A stretch of DNA of 63,638 nucleotides from Nanobdellota archaeon. Its GTDB lineage: Archaea > Aenigmatarchaeota > Aenigmatarchaeia > Aenigmatarchaeales > Aenigmatarchaeaceae. The translations under genes were made by a program, and so were the position numbers. Of this stretch, positions 45,885 through 55,765 are shown piece by piece. Each line of letters begins with the position of its first letter. The first letter of the stretch is position 1. The notes under the pieces are model-generated. The model was not told where the DNA came from. It did not search any database and saw only the letters and a program-made list of their open reading frames with translations. The stretch is taken from positions 1-63,638 of the forward strand of contig JAHIEG010000001.1 in the NCBI GenBank assembly GCA_018901655.1, given 5' to 3'.

Positions 45885-48800
45885 TTATTTCGCCTGTTTT
45901 TTAAACCATTCGAGCCACGAATTAAATACAATTTTAGGATCAACTTTTCCAACTTCAGACATTGATTCATTTGATAATTGGTGGAACATTTGATTTGTTT
46001 TTATCATTACAGGTGCTTCTAATAATTGTCTATTACCTGTTTTTCTTGAAATTTCAACCATTTTTTCAAGTATATCTGCTCTTAATTGAATGTTTTCCCA
46101 AACTAAATTCCATCTTCCTGCCCATCCAGGAACTCGTTTAGCAAGTTCATTTAAAATATAAGATTCGCCATTTAGCAAAGTATCAGTAGGTTTTAATTTA
46201 TCTTCTTCAGAAGAATATTCCATTAGGTTTACAAATCCTCCTTCTTCTGCTGGATCTTTTGTCCAATGTTTTCTAACCTCTGTAAGTTCAACAACTCTTC
46301 TAAAATTATGAACTCCATCAGCTGTTTTTAATCTATTACAAACTACAACAAAATCTGTTGCTTTAAAACTTGTTGGAGGAACACCTAGGTCGTTTACAAC
46401 TCTATCAAATACTCCATATGCAGATTCACCATGTATTGTACCAGCTACAACATTAGCTAATGCACCGATTCTCATTGCTTCATAAAGTGCTTTAGCTTCT
46501 GTATTATGAAGTAGCAATCCTCCAAATCCGCCAATAAATCTTTGAGTTGATTTTACTTCTAAATCATAAACATATTCAGGTTTTTTAAGATTGATAACAT
46601 CAATAAATTTTACTTTATCAACGAAAAAATCGCCATGGGCAAAATCATGCAATTCATCGCTGCACTTTACCTCTTCAGTTATTTTTTTCAAATAATCTTT
46701 TGAGCAACATTTTGTTTTTCTAAGATGCCTGTATTTTCTTGGCAATTTTAAATGATTTTCCAGTTCTTTTGGATCAAATGAAACCGAATCGTCTTTGCTA
46801 TGTGAAAACGATTTTGATGTTATAAGAGGATTTTTATGAGTAAATCCTATCTCATTTAAAAAACATTCAATATATCTTCTCTTTTTTATTTCTGCTGTAT
46901 AAAGAATTCTTTTTCCTTTTTTTCCAGGTTCTCTACTATGTAATCTACACACAATTTCTAGACATAATAAGGCATATGCAACATCTTCAACAAGTTTTTT
47001 TGATGTTGAAAAATATCTTATCATATCCCCAGCATTTTTTGTAGCTGAAAATGATCCATCACCACTGTACATCCCTCTTAATAAACTACATATTTTTCTT
47101 TTATTCAGCCCATAAAACATCTGTGGAATTCTTTTATGAAATGATGTTTTTCCACAACCAAGATAAATAAATAAATCAGAAAGCGGTTTACAGCATATAA
47201 ACATCTGTACTGAAGTTCCATATCCCTTTATTTGTCTTTGAGATATTTTTAATCCAAGTTCTTTTTTACAGATATCTTTAATATCTTCAATAATTTTTGC
47301 TTTTGAATTAGTTATTTGAATTTTATTTTTATCTATATTCCCCTCTGCTAAATAATAACCAATCAATCTTAATGTATTTTCATTTATTGGGAATCTTGCA
47401 GGAATGCTATTTGAAGTGCCTCTTTTTATTCTCAAATTATTTATATCATATTTTATTTTAGCTTTTTCCATCAACTCTAAAAATGAATTTATAGGAATTC
47501 TTGTTTTTTGCGTAGACAATAAATATCTGTAAATATCAGGAATTTTACATATTTTGCTTACATTTTTCCAACCAAGAACTTTAATTGCCTTTCTAATATA
47601 AGGTTCAGCATTTTCCAAGCGATAATCTTCTTTAAAAATTTCAAGAAGATTGATATAATCTATATCATTAAACCCACAAGGAATTTTTGAAGGAATTATT
47701 ATTGGGTCCCCTGCTTTTAATTTATCACTGTTTATAGCTGCTATTTTAAAATTAACATGAGTAAAAACACTATGATCAGGAGTAACAACAACCTCTCTTC
47801 CACTATTTGTGATAATCTTAATCAGTTTCTTTCTTTTTGGATGCTTTACAAAACCTGAAAGAGGCTTTAATTCCACTTTATTATCTTTAGTCAAAGTTGG
47901 AAGATTGAAAGATTTTATATCAATATTTTCAAAATCTTTAATAGGAAGTCTTTTTGTTATTCCCTTATCAACAACTACAACTTCTTGATCTCCTCTCAAA
48001 GAACTTCTTACTTCTCCTATAAACAAACATGAATCTCCTAATCTTAATGCAGTTCTTAATGCTTCTTCTGCTGGAAGTTCTGTTTCAATTTTAGTAATAA
48101 CAGATCTTGATTTCATTCTTTGAATATTATATCCTAATTTTCTTAACGCACTAACAGGTAATTCTAAAGTGTCCTCCACCGTAATCATTCTATAATATGG
48201 TAATATTTGCAACATCATTGAACCTAGAAGTGATGATTTACCTGAAGATCTTGTTCCTGCAACTAAAAATGTTCTTCCATATGATTCAGTAAACCACATT
48301 AAACCACCAAATAGTGGATCAAAATAACGAGTATCTATAAAGAGAGGAAATGTCCAAGGGTTATCTCTATGTCTTCTTAATGCAAAACCTAAACCATCTG
48401 GAGAAAGTTTTGGATTAATTGCCGCAACTCTTGCTATTCCACCTGGAACCATTAGTTCAGTATCTAAAACTGGATTAGCTTCATCAAGTGGTCGTCCAGA
48501 TAATAATTTAAAACGAGTACTCCATCTTTCTGCATCTTGTTTTGTTGGAACTAAATTTGTTTCGCATTCTCCGTAGTCCTGATGATTAATATAAATTGGA
48601 ATATTACCAAGTGGTGAATTAATGTAAATATCTTCTATTTTATTATCTGCTAAAAGTAATTCTATTATTCCTAAACCTGCAGTATATCTTGTAAGTATTC
48701 CAGAAAGTTTTGTAATTTGAGAAGAACCAATTGGTATATCCATTTGATCAGATAAATCAGTTAATAAATCAACTGATAATGTATAAAATAATTCTCTCAT

Positions 48801-49616
48801 CTTTTCCTGTTCAGTAATTTCTAATTCTTTTGGTCTTCTTTCTTCTAATATTCTTCTTGCCCCATCTAATAGTGTGTACTCGTTTTCTCCCAATTTAAAT
48901 TCTGGTGGAATAACATGATAAATATGTCTTATTTTTCCAGGAATTCTATATATTTCAACTTTAGAATCTCCTACTGAATATTTTTCTATAAGCTCTCCTT
49001 CTGGTCGTTGAGACATATACTTCGTGTACATGAAATTTGGCCTAATTGTTGGCTTAAAAATTCTTCTATAAATTGTTCTATCTCCAGCATGATAAGCTGT
49101 TAAACTTGGTCTTGCAATTTGAATTAATTTACACTCGTCTAAAATATCCTGAATTGGTAATAATGAATTTTCTAAAAAGTATTGTATACATTCTGCATGT
49201 TCTGAAGAATTCATCATCTTTGTTTTAAGATGTCTAATTTCTCTTGTTAAAGATAAATATGCTCCTATTGGATCTCCTCTCATTTGTAAAGCCATTAAAT
49301 CTTGAATCCAAGAATACCATTTTGGAATGTATGCTTCACAAGATTTGCTTCCTATTTTTTTAATAGATATTAACTTTTCTTCTTTTATGATTTTATTTAT
49401 TGCTTCAGCAATTTCTTTCAAATATGTTGTTTGAAGAGTATCATATTCATATTCCCTGGTTTCAGCAAGAATAATATCAGTTACTTTCTTATTAACTATC
49501 AAAGAACCTATTACCCTAGCCATTACAACATCAGAATCTTCTAAAGTAAATCCAAAAATAGAGCCAATACAGTTCATTCTCATTATTCCATCATTTACTT
49601 CTATCTCAAAAACCAT
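45885..49616 (-). CDS. Type II/IV secretion/pilus assembly ATPase (VirB11/ArlI/TadA family), intein-containing
   Basis: AGTRSSGKSSLL, TVEDTLEL, ALRLGDSCLFIGEVRS|TEA, GTIHGES. Confidence 0.95.
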   Translation of the reverse strand: MVFEIEVNDGIMRMNCIGSIFGFTLEDSDVVMARVIGSLIVNKKVTDIILAETREYEYDTLQTTYLKEIAEAINKIIKEEKLISIKKIGSKSCEAYIPKWYSWIQDLMALQMRGDPIGAYLSLTREIRHLKTKMMNSSEHAECIQYFLENSLLPIQDILDECKLIQIARPSLTAYHAGDRTIYRRIFKPTIRPNFMYTKYMSQRPEGELIEKYSVGDSKVEIYRIPGKIRHIYHVIPPEFKLGENEYTLLDGARRILEERRPKELEITEQEKMRELFYTLSVDLLTDLSDQMDIPIGSSQITKLSGILTRYTAGLGIIELLLADNKIEDIYINSPLGNIPIYINHQDYGECETNLVPTKQDAERWSTRFKLLSGRPLDEANPVLDTELMVPGGIARVAAINPKLSPDGLGFALRRHRDNPWTFPLFIDTRYFDPLFGGLMWFTESYGRTFLVAGTRSSGKSSLLGSMMLQILPYYRMITVEDTLELPVSALRKLGYNIQRMKSRSVITKIETELPAEEALRTALRLGDSCLFIGEVRSSLRGDQEVVVVDKGITKRLPIKDFENIDIKSFNLPTLTKDNKVELKPLSGFVKHPKRKKLIKIITNSGREVVVTPDHSVFTHVNFKIAAINSDKLKAGDPIIIPSKIPCGFNDIDYINLLEIFKEDYRLENAEPYIRKAIKVLGWKNVSKICKIPDIYRYLLSTQKTRIPINSFLELMEKAKIKYDINNLRIKRGTSNSIPARFPINENTLRLIGYYLAEGNIDKNKIQITNSKAKIIEDIKDICKKELGLKISQRQIKGYGTSVQMFICCKPLSDLFIYLGCGKTSFHKRIPQMFYGLNKRKICSLLRGMYSGDGSFSATKNAGDMIRYFSTSKKLVEDVAYALLCLEIVCRLHSREPGKKGKRILYTAEIKKRRYIECFLNEIGFTHKNPLITSKSFSHSKDDSVSFDPKELENHLKLPRKYRHLRKTKCCSKDYLKKITEEVKCSDELHDFAHGDFFVDKVKFIDVINLKKPEYVYDLEVKSTQRFIGGFGGLLLHNTEAKALYEAMRIGALANVVAGTIHGESAYGVFDRVVNDLGVPPTSFKATDFVVVCNRLKTADGVHNFRRVVELTEVRKHWTKDPAEEGGFVNLMEYSSEEDKLKPTDTLLNGESYILNELAKRVPGWAGRWNLVWENIQLRADILEKMVEISRKTGNRQLLEAPVMIKTNQMFHQLSNESMSEVGKVDPKIVFNSWLEWFKKQAK
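46503..48002 (-). mobile_element. 500-aa intein with LAGLIDADG endonuclease just after the Walker B motif
   Basis: Starts SLRGDQEV (Ser1), ends LLLHN, +1 Thr; blocks LIGYYLAEG and LLRGMYSGDG. Confidence 0.93.
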
Positions 49617-49687
49617 GAAATCACTTATATTTTATATATACTCCGATATTAATATATTAAGTAACCCATATAATAGTTTGTGATTAA

Positions 49688-50065
49688 ATGCCTGAGAAAA
49701 AAGATATTCAAGTAATTCTATCAGAAATGGTTAGAAGAATGAATGACCATGGTCGAAGACTTCGGGCTATGGAAGAAAAAACATCTTTACTGGAATCCAG
49801 AGTAAGTTCGTTACAAGATATGATTTTGAAGAATAATGAAAAAGCTAAGAAAAATGTAAAAGAAGTTGAAGATGAATTTGAAAAAATAAACACTACATTA
49901 ATGAAAATTGATAACGATATTACAAAAATTAGTAAAAATATGGAACGCTTTGCTCGAAAATCAGATTTGAAAGAAGTAGAAAATATAATTTCATTATACA
50001 ATCCATTGAAGACAAGCTTTATAACTAAAGAAGAACTAAAAAGAATATTGACCAAGGGTGAATAA
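49688..50065 (+). CDS. Coiled-coil protein divergent from the pilus ATPase
   Basis: Heptad-rich; RRLRAMEEK..LE.RV; LYNPLK. Confidence 0.75.
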   Translation: MPEKKDIQVILSEMVRRMNDHGRRLRAMEEKTSLLESRVSSLQDMILKNNEKAKKNVKEVEDEFEKINTTLMKIDNDITKISKNMERFARKSDLKEVENIISLYNPLKTSFITKEELKRILTKGE

Positions 50066-50866
50066 ATGGCAGTATTTCCTTTTATGAAAAAGAAACCACA
50101 AGAACAGCAAAAAAATTATATTCCTGTTAATATGGTTCAACAATATGCTTCTCAAGGTATGCCTGAAGGTAGAATTATTAATGAATTAAAAAATCAGGGT
50201 TTTAGTCCTTCTCAAGTTGATTCAGCTTTAAGATCAGTATTAAAAAGACAAGTAAGTTCTCCAAGACAAGAAATGTCTCAACGATCTAGAGAAATGAATC
50301 AAGATGAGTTTCCAACTATGCAAATGGGTGGAAGAGCACCTTCACAAGAGAGAGAAATGCCACAGGAGAGAAGACAACCAATGCCCCAAAGAAGACCAGA
50401 GGAAATGCAAAGACGACCAATGGAAGAAATAGAAAGAAGACCAGTTGAACAAAGACAACAATTACCAGTTCAAGAACAACAGCAAATGGAAATACCTTCA
50501 AGAGCAAGTCCAGCACAATATACTTTTGAAGAACCACAAAAAATGCTGGGACCCGGATTAGAAGATATAACTCTTGAAGAAATAATTGAAGGAATTGTTT
50601 CAGAAAAATGGCAAGTTTTTGAAGAAAGACTAGCTAATTTTGAAGAACGAGATTTGCAATTACAAGAACAAATTGAATCAATGAGAAGTTCGATTAAAGA
50701 TGTTGAAAAATTAGTTGTATCTAAAGAACAAAATATGAGTGGTCAGTTTAATGAATTTAGTGGTTCAATGAGTGATATTCAAGGAAGAATTGGATCAATT
50801 GAAAAGGTATTTAAAGATCTTGTTCCTGAATTAACAGATGCACTTAGAAGAGTACCTAGACAATAG
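50066..50866 (+). CDS. Conserved hypothetical protein: small helical N-domain, Q/P/M/R-rich repeat linker, coiled coil
   Basis: ELKNQGFSPSQVDSAL; RRP repeats; EEIIEGIVSEKW. Confidence 0.75.
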   Translation: MAVFPFMKKKPQEQQKNYIPVNMVQQYASQGMPEGRIINELKNQGFSPSQVDSALRSVLKRQVSSPRQEMSQRSREMNQDEFPTMQMGGRAPSQEREMPQERRQPMPQRRPEEMQRRPMEEIERRPVEQRQQLPVQEQQQMEIPSRASPAQYTFEEPQKMLGPGLEDITLEEIIEGIVSEKWQVFEERLANFEERDLQLQEQIESMRSSIKDVEKLVVSKEQNMSGQFNEFSGSMSDIQGRIGSIEKVFKDLVPELTDALRRVPRQ

Positions 50867-50961
50867 TTTAATTTCTTACAATTTAGAGAGGTATTCCCCT
50901 GCACTTGGTATGGTATATAGAAAAGTCATAAAATCGCAGTAAAGAATCAGTGATATATTAT

Positions 50962-51513
50962 TTAATTTCCTTTCTTACTTGGATCAGCAACCATCCATAC
51001 AATAGCTAATACAACTACTGCTAAGAACATGTATGACATTATTGCTGAATCTGTTAATTGTAATGTTGGCAATCCTAATAATTCTAATCCACCTGCTCCA
51101 ATAAATATTAAAGTTACAATTATTAAAAATCCAACTGCAAATAATAGTGGATATTTCTGGAATATAGTAACTTCAACAGGACCTTTAACATCTCTACCTT
51201 CTTTATCTTTACCTATTACTTGTTCTCGAGTTGGTTTAATTCCAGCTGTTTCTAAAAATACTATGAATACCAAAACTCCTACAATCATTAAAATCATACT
51301 TGAGGACATTTTAGCTATAACATCAATTAATTGATTAGGTACTGAAAATAATACAAAAAATGCTGAAACTAATGCAATTATTGCTCTAGTACCTTGTGAT
51401 TTTGGAATACCACCATCTCCTGCTTGAGATAATACTCCATAAACTATCGCAAAAGTTAAAAGCCATAAAAGTATTTGTGGAAATCCTAAATTAACTAACA
51501 TGCTAATATCCAT
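50962..51513 (-). CDS. Four-TM membrane protein, paralogue 4 of the tandem array
   Basis: ILLWLLTFAIVYGVLS. Confidence 0.8.
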   Translation of the reverse strand: MDISMLVNLGFPQILLWLLTFAIVYGVLSQAGDGGIPKSQGTRAIIALVSAFFVLFSVPNQLIDVIAKMSSSMILMIVGVLVFIVFLETAGIKPTREQVIGKDKEGRDVKGPVEVTIFQKYPLLFAVGFLIIVTLIFIGAGGLELLGLPTLQLTDSAIMSYMFLAVVVLAIVWMVADPSKKGN

Positions 51514-51514
51514 T

Positions 51515-52018
51515 TTACTTACCTTCTTTTCCTTCTTTCATTAATATCCAAATAGTTACAACCATGATTGCTACAAAGAATAATATAGCAATTGTTGGAT
51601 TACCAATTGTAATGGCAGGAATGTTTAACAGTCCTAATCCACCTGCTCCAATAAATATCAAAATTAATAATACAATTAAAGCGATTCCAAAGAATTTTGG
51701 ATGTACTGCAAAAATATGTGCTCCATCTTTCTTTGCACCAGATATTTCTAAAAATATCATTACTATAAACAGAGCAAAAGCAATTACTAATCCAGATACC
51801 ATTATATTTTCAACAAATTGGACTGCTGGTCCTGATGCTGCTGCAAATAAAACCATAAATGCTGCTACAATTGATATTGTTCCCCTCACTACTTTTGATT
51901 TTGGCATATCAATATGTGATAGAATTCCATAAACTACTGCCATTGTTAATACCCATAATAAAAGTAATGGTATTCCTTCTGCTCTTAAATTCAATATTAA
52001 GTCTTGTAATGCTGCCAT
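51515..52018 (-). CDS. Four-TM membrane protein, paralogue 3
   Basis: LLLWVLTMAVVYGILS; FIGAGGLGLL shared with 50962-51513. Confidence 0.8.
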   Translation of the reverse strand: MAALQDLILNLRAEGIPLLLLWVLTMAVVYGILSHIDMPKSKVVRGTISIVAAFMVLFAAASGPAVQFVENIMVSGLVIAFALFIVMIFLEISGAKKDGAHIFAVHPKFFGIALIVLLILIFIGAGGLGLLNIPAITIGNPTIAILFFVAIMVVTIWILMKEGKEGK

Positions 52019-52055
52019 GTTATCACTTTAGTTTATGTTGTTTATGTATATAAGA

Positions 52056-52568
52056 TTATTGTTTTTTCTGAGATGATTCAATTGCTTTTTGGACATCTGA
52101 TAAGGTATTCATTCTAAATGCTGCCCAAAAGATTATTGCGATAAATATTATTCCTAATAATAAAAGTAAATTTTCTGCATCTCCAACAAGTGGGATTTTT
52201 CCAGGTATTTGATCTATTACAGACCAACCAATAGTTAATAGTAAAAATAAAACAACTCCACTTAATATCACTTTTTCAGGTGTTGCAAATGGTTGTTTAC
52301 TTCTTAATCCAAAAAGTTCTAGTAAAAATGCTATAAAGAACATTGCTATAAAGAACCATGTTATTGTTGGTAAATAAGCCCAAAGCATTGTAATAAATGG
52401 TGAATATGATATTGCAAAAAAAGTAATTGCTAAAGAAATTATAACAATAACAGATCTATTCATTTTTTTAGGTGTAGCTAATTCTAGTACTCCAAAAACA
52501 ATTGCGAAAACAAATAAGAAAGGGACAAAAAATTGCATTATGGGATCCAAAGCAAGTTCAATTGCCAT
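52056..52568 (-). CDS. Multi-TM membrane protein, paralogue 2
   Basis: FVPFLFVFAIVFGVLE. Confidence 0.8.
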   Translation of the reverse strand: MAIELALDPIMQFFVPFLFVFAIVFGVLELATPKKMNRSVIVIISLAITFFAISYSPFITMLWAYLPTITWFFIAMFFIAFLLELFGLRSKQPFATPEKVILSGVVLFLLLTIGWSVIDQIPGKIPLVGDAENLLLLLGIIFIAIIFWAAFRMNTLSDVQKAIESSQKKQ

Positions 52569-53168
52569 TTAACCACCTAACTCTTCTATTGCACGTTTTA
52601 GTTGTTGTTCTTCATCTAATTTTTGACTATAAAGTGCTTTTAAAGTTGCCATTGTTCGTCTATCATTTGCTATCTTTGCAGCTCTCATATCATCATCTAG
52701 TCTTTTAAGTGTTTTTCTTGTATAAGTTAATTGATCTTCAAGTGCGTCAATTTCTTTACCTTTATTTGCTTTTTTACCAACACTTTCAAACCCTTTTGAT
52801 ATTAATCCACTTGTAACTTTTCCAGCTGCTGGATGCCAAATTACACTTATGAAAAATACTATAAAGGCTAATACTAGTACTATAGTAAACCAACCTGTTA
52901 AGAGTGGTATTAATATTGATCCATACCAACCTCCCCAAACTATGAAAATATAAGTAATAATTTGAAACAGATAAGAAAATCCTTTATGTTCTCCAACTAT
53001 TCTCAAAACAGTTCCTTTAGATACAGCATAAATAAACATAAGTAAAATTACATGAGGAATCAAAATCAGATATAATAATTGGTCTGGAACTGTAGTATAT
53101 TTAGCTATAATAGAAGGATCTATCTTTAGCAAAGTTTCAAAAATTAATGTAAATACATTAAATGCCAT
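52569..53168 (-). CDS. Multi-TM membrane protein with a C-terminal coiled coil
   Basis: Three hydrophobic helices, then a UVR-like hairpin (RAAKIANDRRTMATLK). Confidence 0.75.
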   Translation of the reverse strand: MAFNVFTLIFETLLKIDPSIIAKYTTVPDQLLYLILIPHVILLMFIYAVSKGTVLRIVGEHKGFSYLFQIITYIFIVWGGWYGSILIPLLTGWFTIVLVLAFIVFFISVIWHPAAGKVTSGLISKGFESVGKKANKGKEIDALEDQLTYTRKTLKRLDDDMRAAKIANDRRTMATLKALYSQKLDEEQQLKRAIEELGG

Positions 53169-53204
53169 ACAGATTTATTAGAAGTTCTAATATTTAAAAT
53201 AAAA

Positions 53205-53768
53205 TTAAGCATATGCGAGATCTTTTTCAAGATTATAACTTCCTGTTTCATCCACTAGTACATGTGCCAATTCATATATGCCTTCATTCAACTCTTTATT
53301 TTCTTCATCTTCTTTCAAAAGTATTTTTTGTAAAACTTGTTGATATTGTTCAGTTCTTGTGCTATCAATATCTTTTAATATATCTTTTATATATTTTACA
53401 CTTGCCCCTCTTCCATTAGAATAACCTTCATAAATAGCTGTAATTGGACTAACTGCTCTACCTATTAAACCCCTAACATCTAAAGTAGAACACATTTCCC
53501 AAAACATTGCTGGCTGTCCACCAGGTAAATAATTACTAACTAATCCATCAACAAGACTACCTTCACCAGTAGTACTATTAAATGGTCTTAAAGCATCAGT
53601 TAATTGTGAAGAAAATGTTTTTTTCTGTCTTTCAAGTAATCCCATTTTTTCAAATGCATTATAAACAGTATCTACAGGTCCTTCCATATGAGGCAATTCT
53701 CCATATTTACCTCCATACATTGCATTCCTTATTGCTTCTGATAATTGTTGTGGATTAAGTTCGCTCAT
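53205..53768 (-). CDS. Hypothetical protein
   Basis: 187-aa soluble ORF with its own promoter element B1. Confidence 0.7.
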   Translation of the reverse strand: MSELNPQQLSEAIRNAMYGGKYGELPHMEGPVDTVYNAFEKMGLLERQKKTFSSQLTDALRPFNSTTGEGSLVDGLVSNYLPGGQPAMFWEMCSTLDVRGLIGRAVSPITAIYEGYSNGRGASVKYIKDILKDIDSTRTEQYQQVLQKILLKEDEENKELNEGIYELAHVLVDETGSYNLEKDLAYA

Positions 53769-53803
53769 ACTTATATTTACTACTAGATAGTATATAAGTC
53801 TAT
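53766..53803 (-). promoter_or_regulatory. 38-bp leaderless promoter with internal palindrome, copy B1
   Basis: catacttatatttactactagatagtatataagtctat; 37/38 identical to 55763-55800. Confidence 0.75.
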
Positions 53804-53813
53804 GCTTTTTTCA

Positions 53814-54068
53814 CTAGATTCGCTCTTCGACAGAAAATATACCTAAATCAAGACAAAGTTCATATATGCTCCACGACCAGATTACAGCTTCAAATGCTCG
53901 AACATAATCTTTTTGTTCAATAAAATGTTTTGCATCTGAAATATAGGCTTTCATATTAATAAAAAGTGATCCACCTTTAGTATCAAAATATTCTATCTTT
54001 TTTACAATTGGTTCAATTCGTTCTAACCACTTATGTGTCTCTGCAATCAAAACTTCTTCTGTGTTCAT
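53814..54068 (-). CDS. DUF357-family protein
   Basis: MKAYISDAKHF.EQKDYV.AFEAV.WSW; usual neighbour of dph5. Confidence 0.85.
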   Translation of the reverse strand: MNTEEVLIAETHKWLERIEPIVKKIEYFDTKGGSLFINMKAYISDAKHFIEQKDYVRAFEAVIWSWSIYELCLDLGIFSVEERI

Positions 54069-54772
54069 AAAATCTCCAAAAACTCTTTTTCCTTAAAATG
54101 TAATTTACCTGGTAATATTAAAATAGATGGTGTTTCTATATCTTTTTCAATAAGTTCAGAAACTGTTTTATAAAAAATATCATCTCCAATTTTACCTGCT
54201 ATCATTTTAGTTGATCTAGTTACTAATTTATTATCTAATAATAACTTTAAAGCATTTTTAACAGGCATGTAAATATTCATTTCAGCATCTAAGTCTAATA
54301 ATAATAAAGTATGTAATCCTAATTTCTTATTACCTTCTATAGCGTCTTTAACAGATTCAAGTTTTCCAGAATATGGAATGGTAGCTGTTCGACCCATTTT
54401 ATACAATTGCAATCCAGTTTCTCCTATTGCTGAAAATATAGAAGTATTATGAATTATCTCAACTCTGATTCCTTGGGACCTTGCTTCTAAAACAAGATCA
54501 GCATGTGTTGTCGCTGCGAGTGGATCTCCTAATACGAAAAGTGCTACATGGTTTTTTTTGCATTTTTCTAAAAATTGTTTTTGATTATCTTCTAAATCAC
54601 TTCTTCTTAACTGTTTAATCTCTTTACCAACCATTCTTTCAAGATTTCTTAAATCACCTGACCATTTAGAAGTATAAGTTTCAATAAAACAATCACATGT
54701 TTTAGCTACTTCAACTCCTTTAAGTGTGATTCCTTTCTCATCACTAATTCCTAATCCTATCAAATAAAGCAT
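54065..54772 (-). CDS. dph5: Diphthine synthase
   Basis: LYLIGLG, ETYTS, GDPLAATTH, HNTSI, GLHTLLLLD. Confidence 0.95.
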   Translation of the reverse strand: MLYLIGLGISDEKGITLKGVEVAKTCDCFIETYTSKWSGDLRNLERMVGKEIKQLRRSDLEDNQKQFLEKCKKNHVALFVLGDPLAATTHADLVLEARSQGIRVEIIHNTSIFSAIGETGLQLYKMGRTATIPYSGKLESVKDAIEGNKKLGLHTLLLLDLDAEMNIYMPVKNALKLLLDNKLVTRSTKMIAGKIGDDIFYKTVSELIEKDIETPSILILPGKLHFKEKEFLEIL

Positions 54773-54844
54773 AGAATAAATTACAAATTAAAGTATAAAA
54801 GTTTAGATATTATAAATTCCAAATGGATTTACAACCATGAAAAT

Positions 54845-55765
54845 CTAACATTTTGGTGGCGGAATTATATTCGCCCACTTCTTTGGATCTATCACATCAT
54901 TTTTCAATGCAGGCATCTTGTGAACTCTTCCAATAGCTTCTAAAGTTTCTGTTCCATTAAGTATGGTTTGTATCTGCTGATTTGGGATTCCTATTATTCT
55001 ACATCTACTTATAAGATCGCTATAAAAACGATCATAATAGATTGCACTTTTTCCAGATAAACAATATTTAAAATCTACTATTGCTTGTCCAATTTCAGTA
55101 TCCCACGAATTGAGTGATCCTTCTACCATACATATTCCTGGTGCTATTGGTAATGTATATGCTTGCTGAAAAGTACCCTTTTCTTCTAAAAATGAGGTTA
55201 AATCACTTGTTGCAAGTTTATGTAAAATTTTATCAAATTGCTTATCATATCTATCAAAATAAAGCACTATTTTATTAGTAGCATCGGCGGATCTACCGTC
55301 TTCTCTAGACCATTCACCAACATGATGTAATTTAATTTGACCACCTAATCCTTGACACGATTCAAATATTTCTTTAATTGCTTTTTTGGGTGCGTCTCCA
55401 CTCATTCCACCCATGTCGGGAGAAATATATATTCTTATCAAATCCTCTGTCAAGAAATTTGAGCCAAAAACATAACATGGGCCAGTCATCATACCGAAAG
55501 AGTTGGCATTAGTTCTTTTTGCAATTTCGGTTGTGTATTTATAAATATCATTTTCAAAATTTGCTAAAGCTAATGGACGAGGAGGACCTGCTGTTCTGTC
55601 TGTATCAAATTTCTGATATAATTTTTTTCCAACAACTTCTAACTCTTCATAATCAAATTGCTTAATTGTTTCTCTGACTTCTCTATAACTAACACTGGGA
55701 TCTTCAAACCATGAAAGGATCTCTAGATCTCGTATATCGTCCATAGGACTATCATGATATGACAT
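54845..55765 (-). CDS. Hypothetical protein with a HopA1-effector-like domain
   Basis: RIYISP...DATNKIVLYFD...YTLPIAPGICMVE resembles the R.Y.N / D..VLY / FTK.LAPG.G.AE pattern, recalled from memory. Confidence 0.5.
   Translation of the reverse strand: MSYHDSPMDDIRDLEILSWFEDPSVSYREVRETIKQFDYEELEVVGKKLYQKFDTDRTAGPPRPLALANFENDIYKYTTEIAKRTNANSFGMMTGPCYVFGSNFLTEDLIRIYISPDMGGMSGDAPKKAIKEIFESCQGLGGQIKLHHVGEWSREDGRSADATNKIVLYFDRYDKQFDKILHKLATSDLTSFLEEKGTFQQAYTLPIAPGICMVEGSLNSWDTEIGQAIVDFKYCLSGKSAIYYDRFYSDLISRCRIIGIPNQQIQTILNGTETLEAIGRVHKMPALKNDVIDPKKWANIIPPPKC

Noticed and set aside
43809-49616. Archaellum (arl/fla) operon
   Set aside because: No ArlH, ArlF, ArlG or archaellin signature visible; treated as a generic type IV pilus system.
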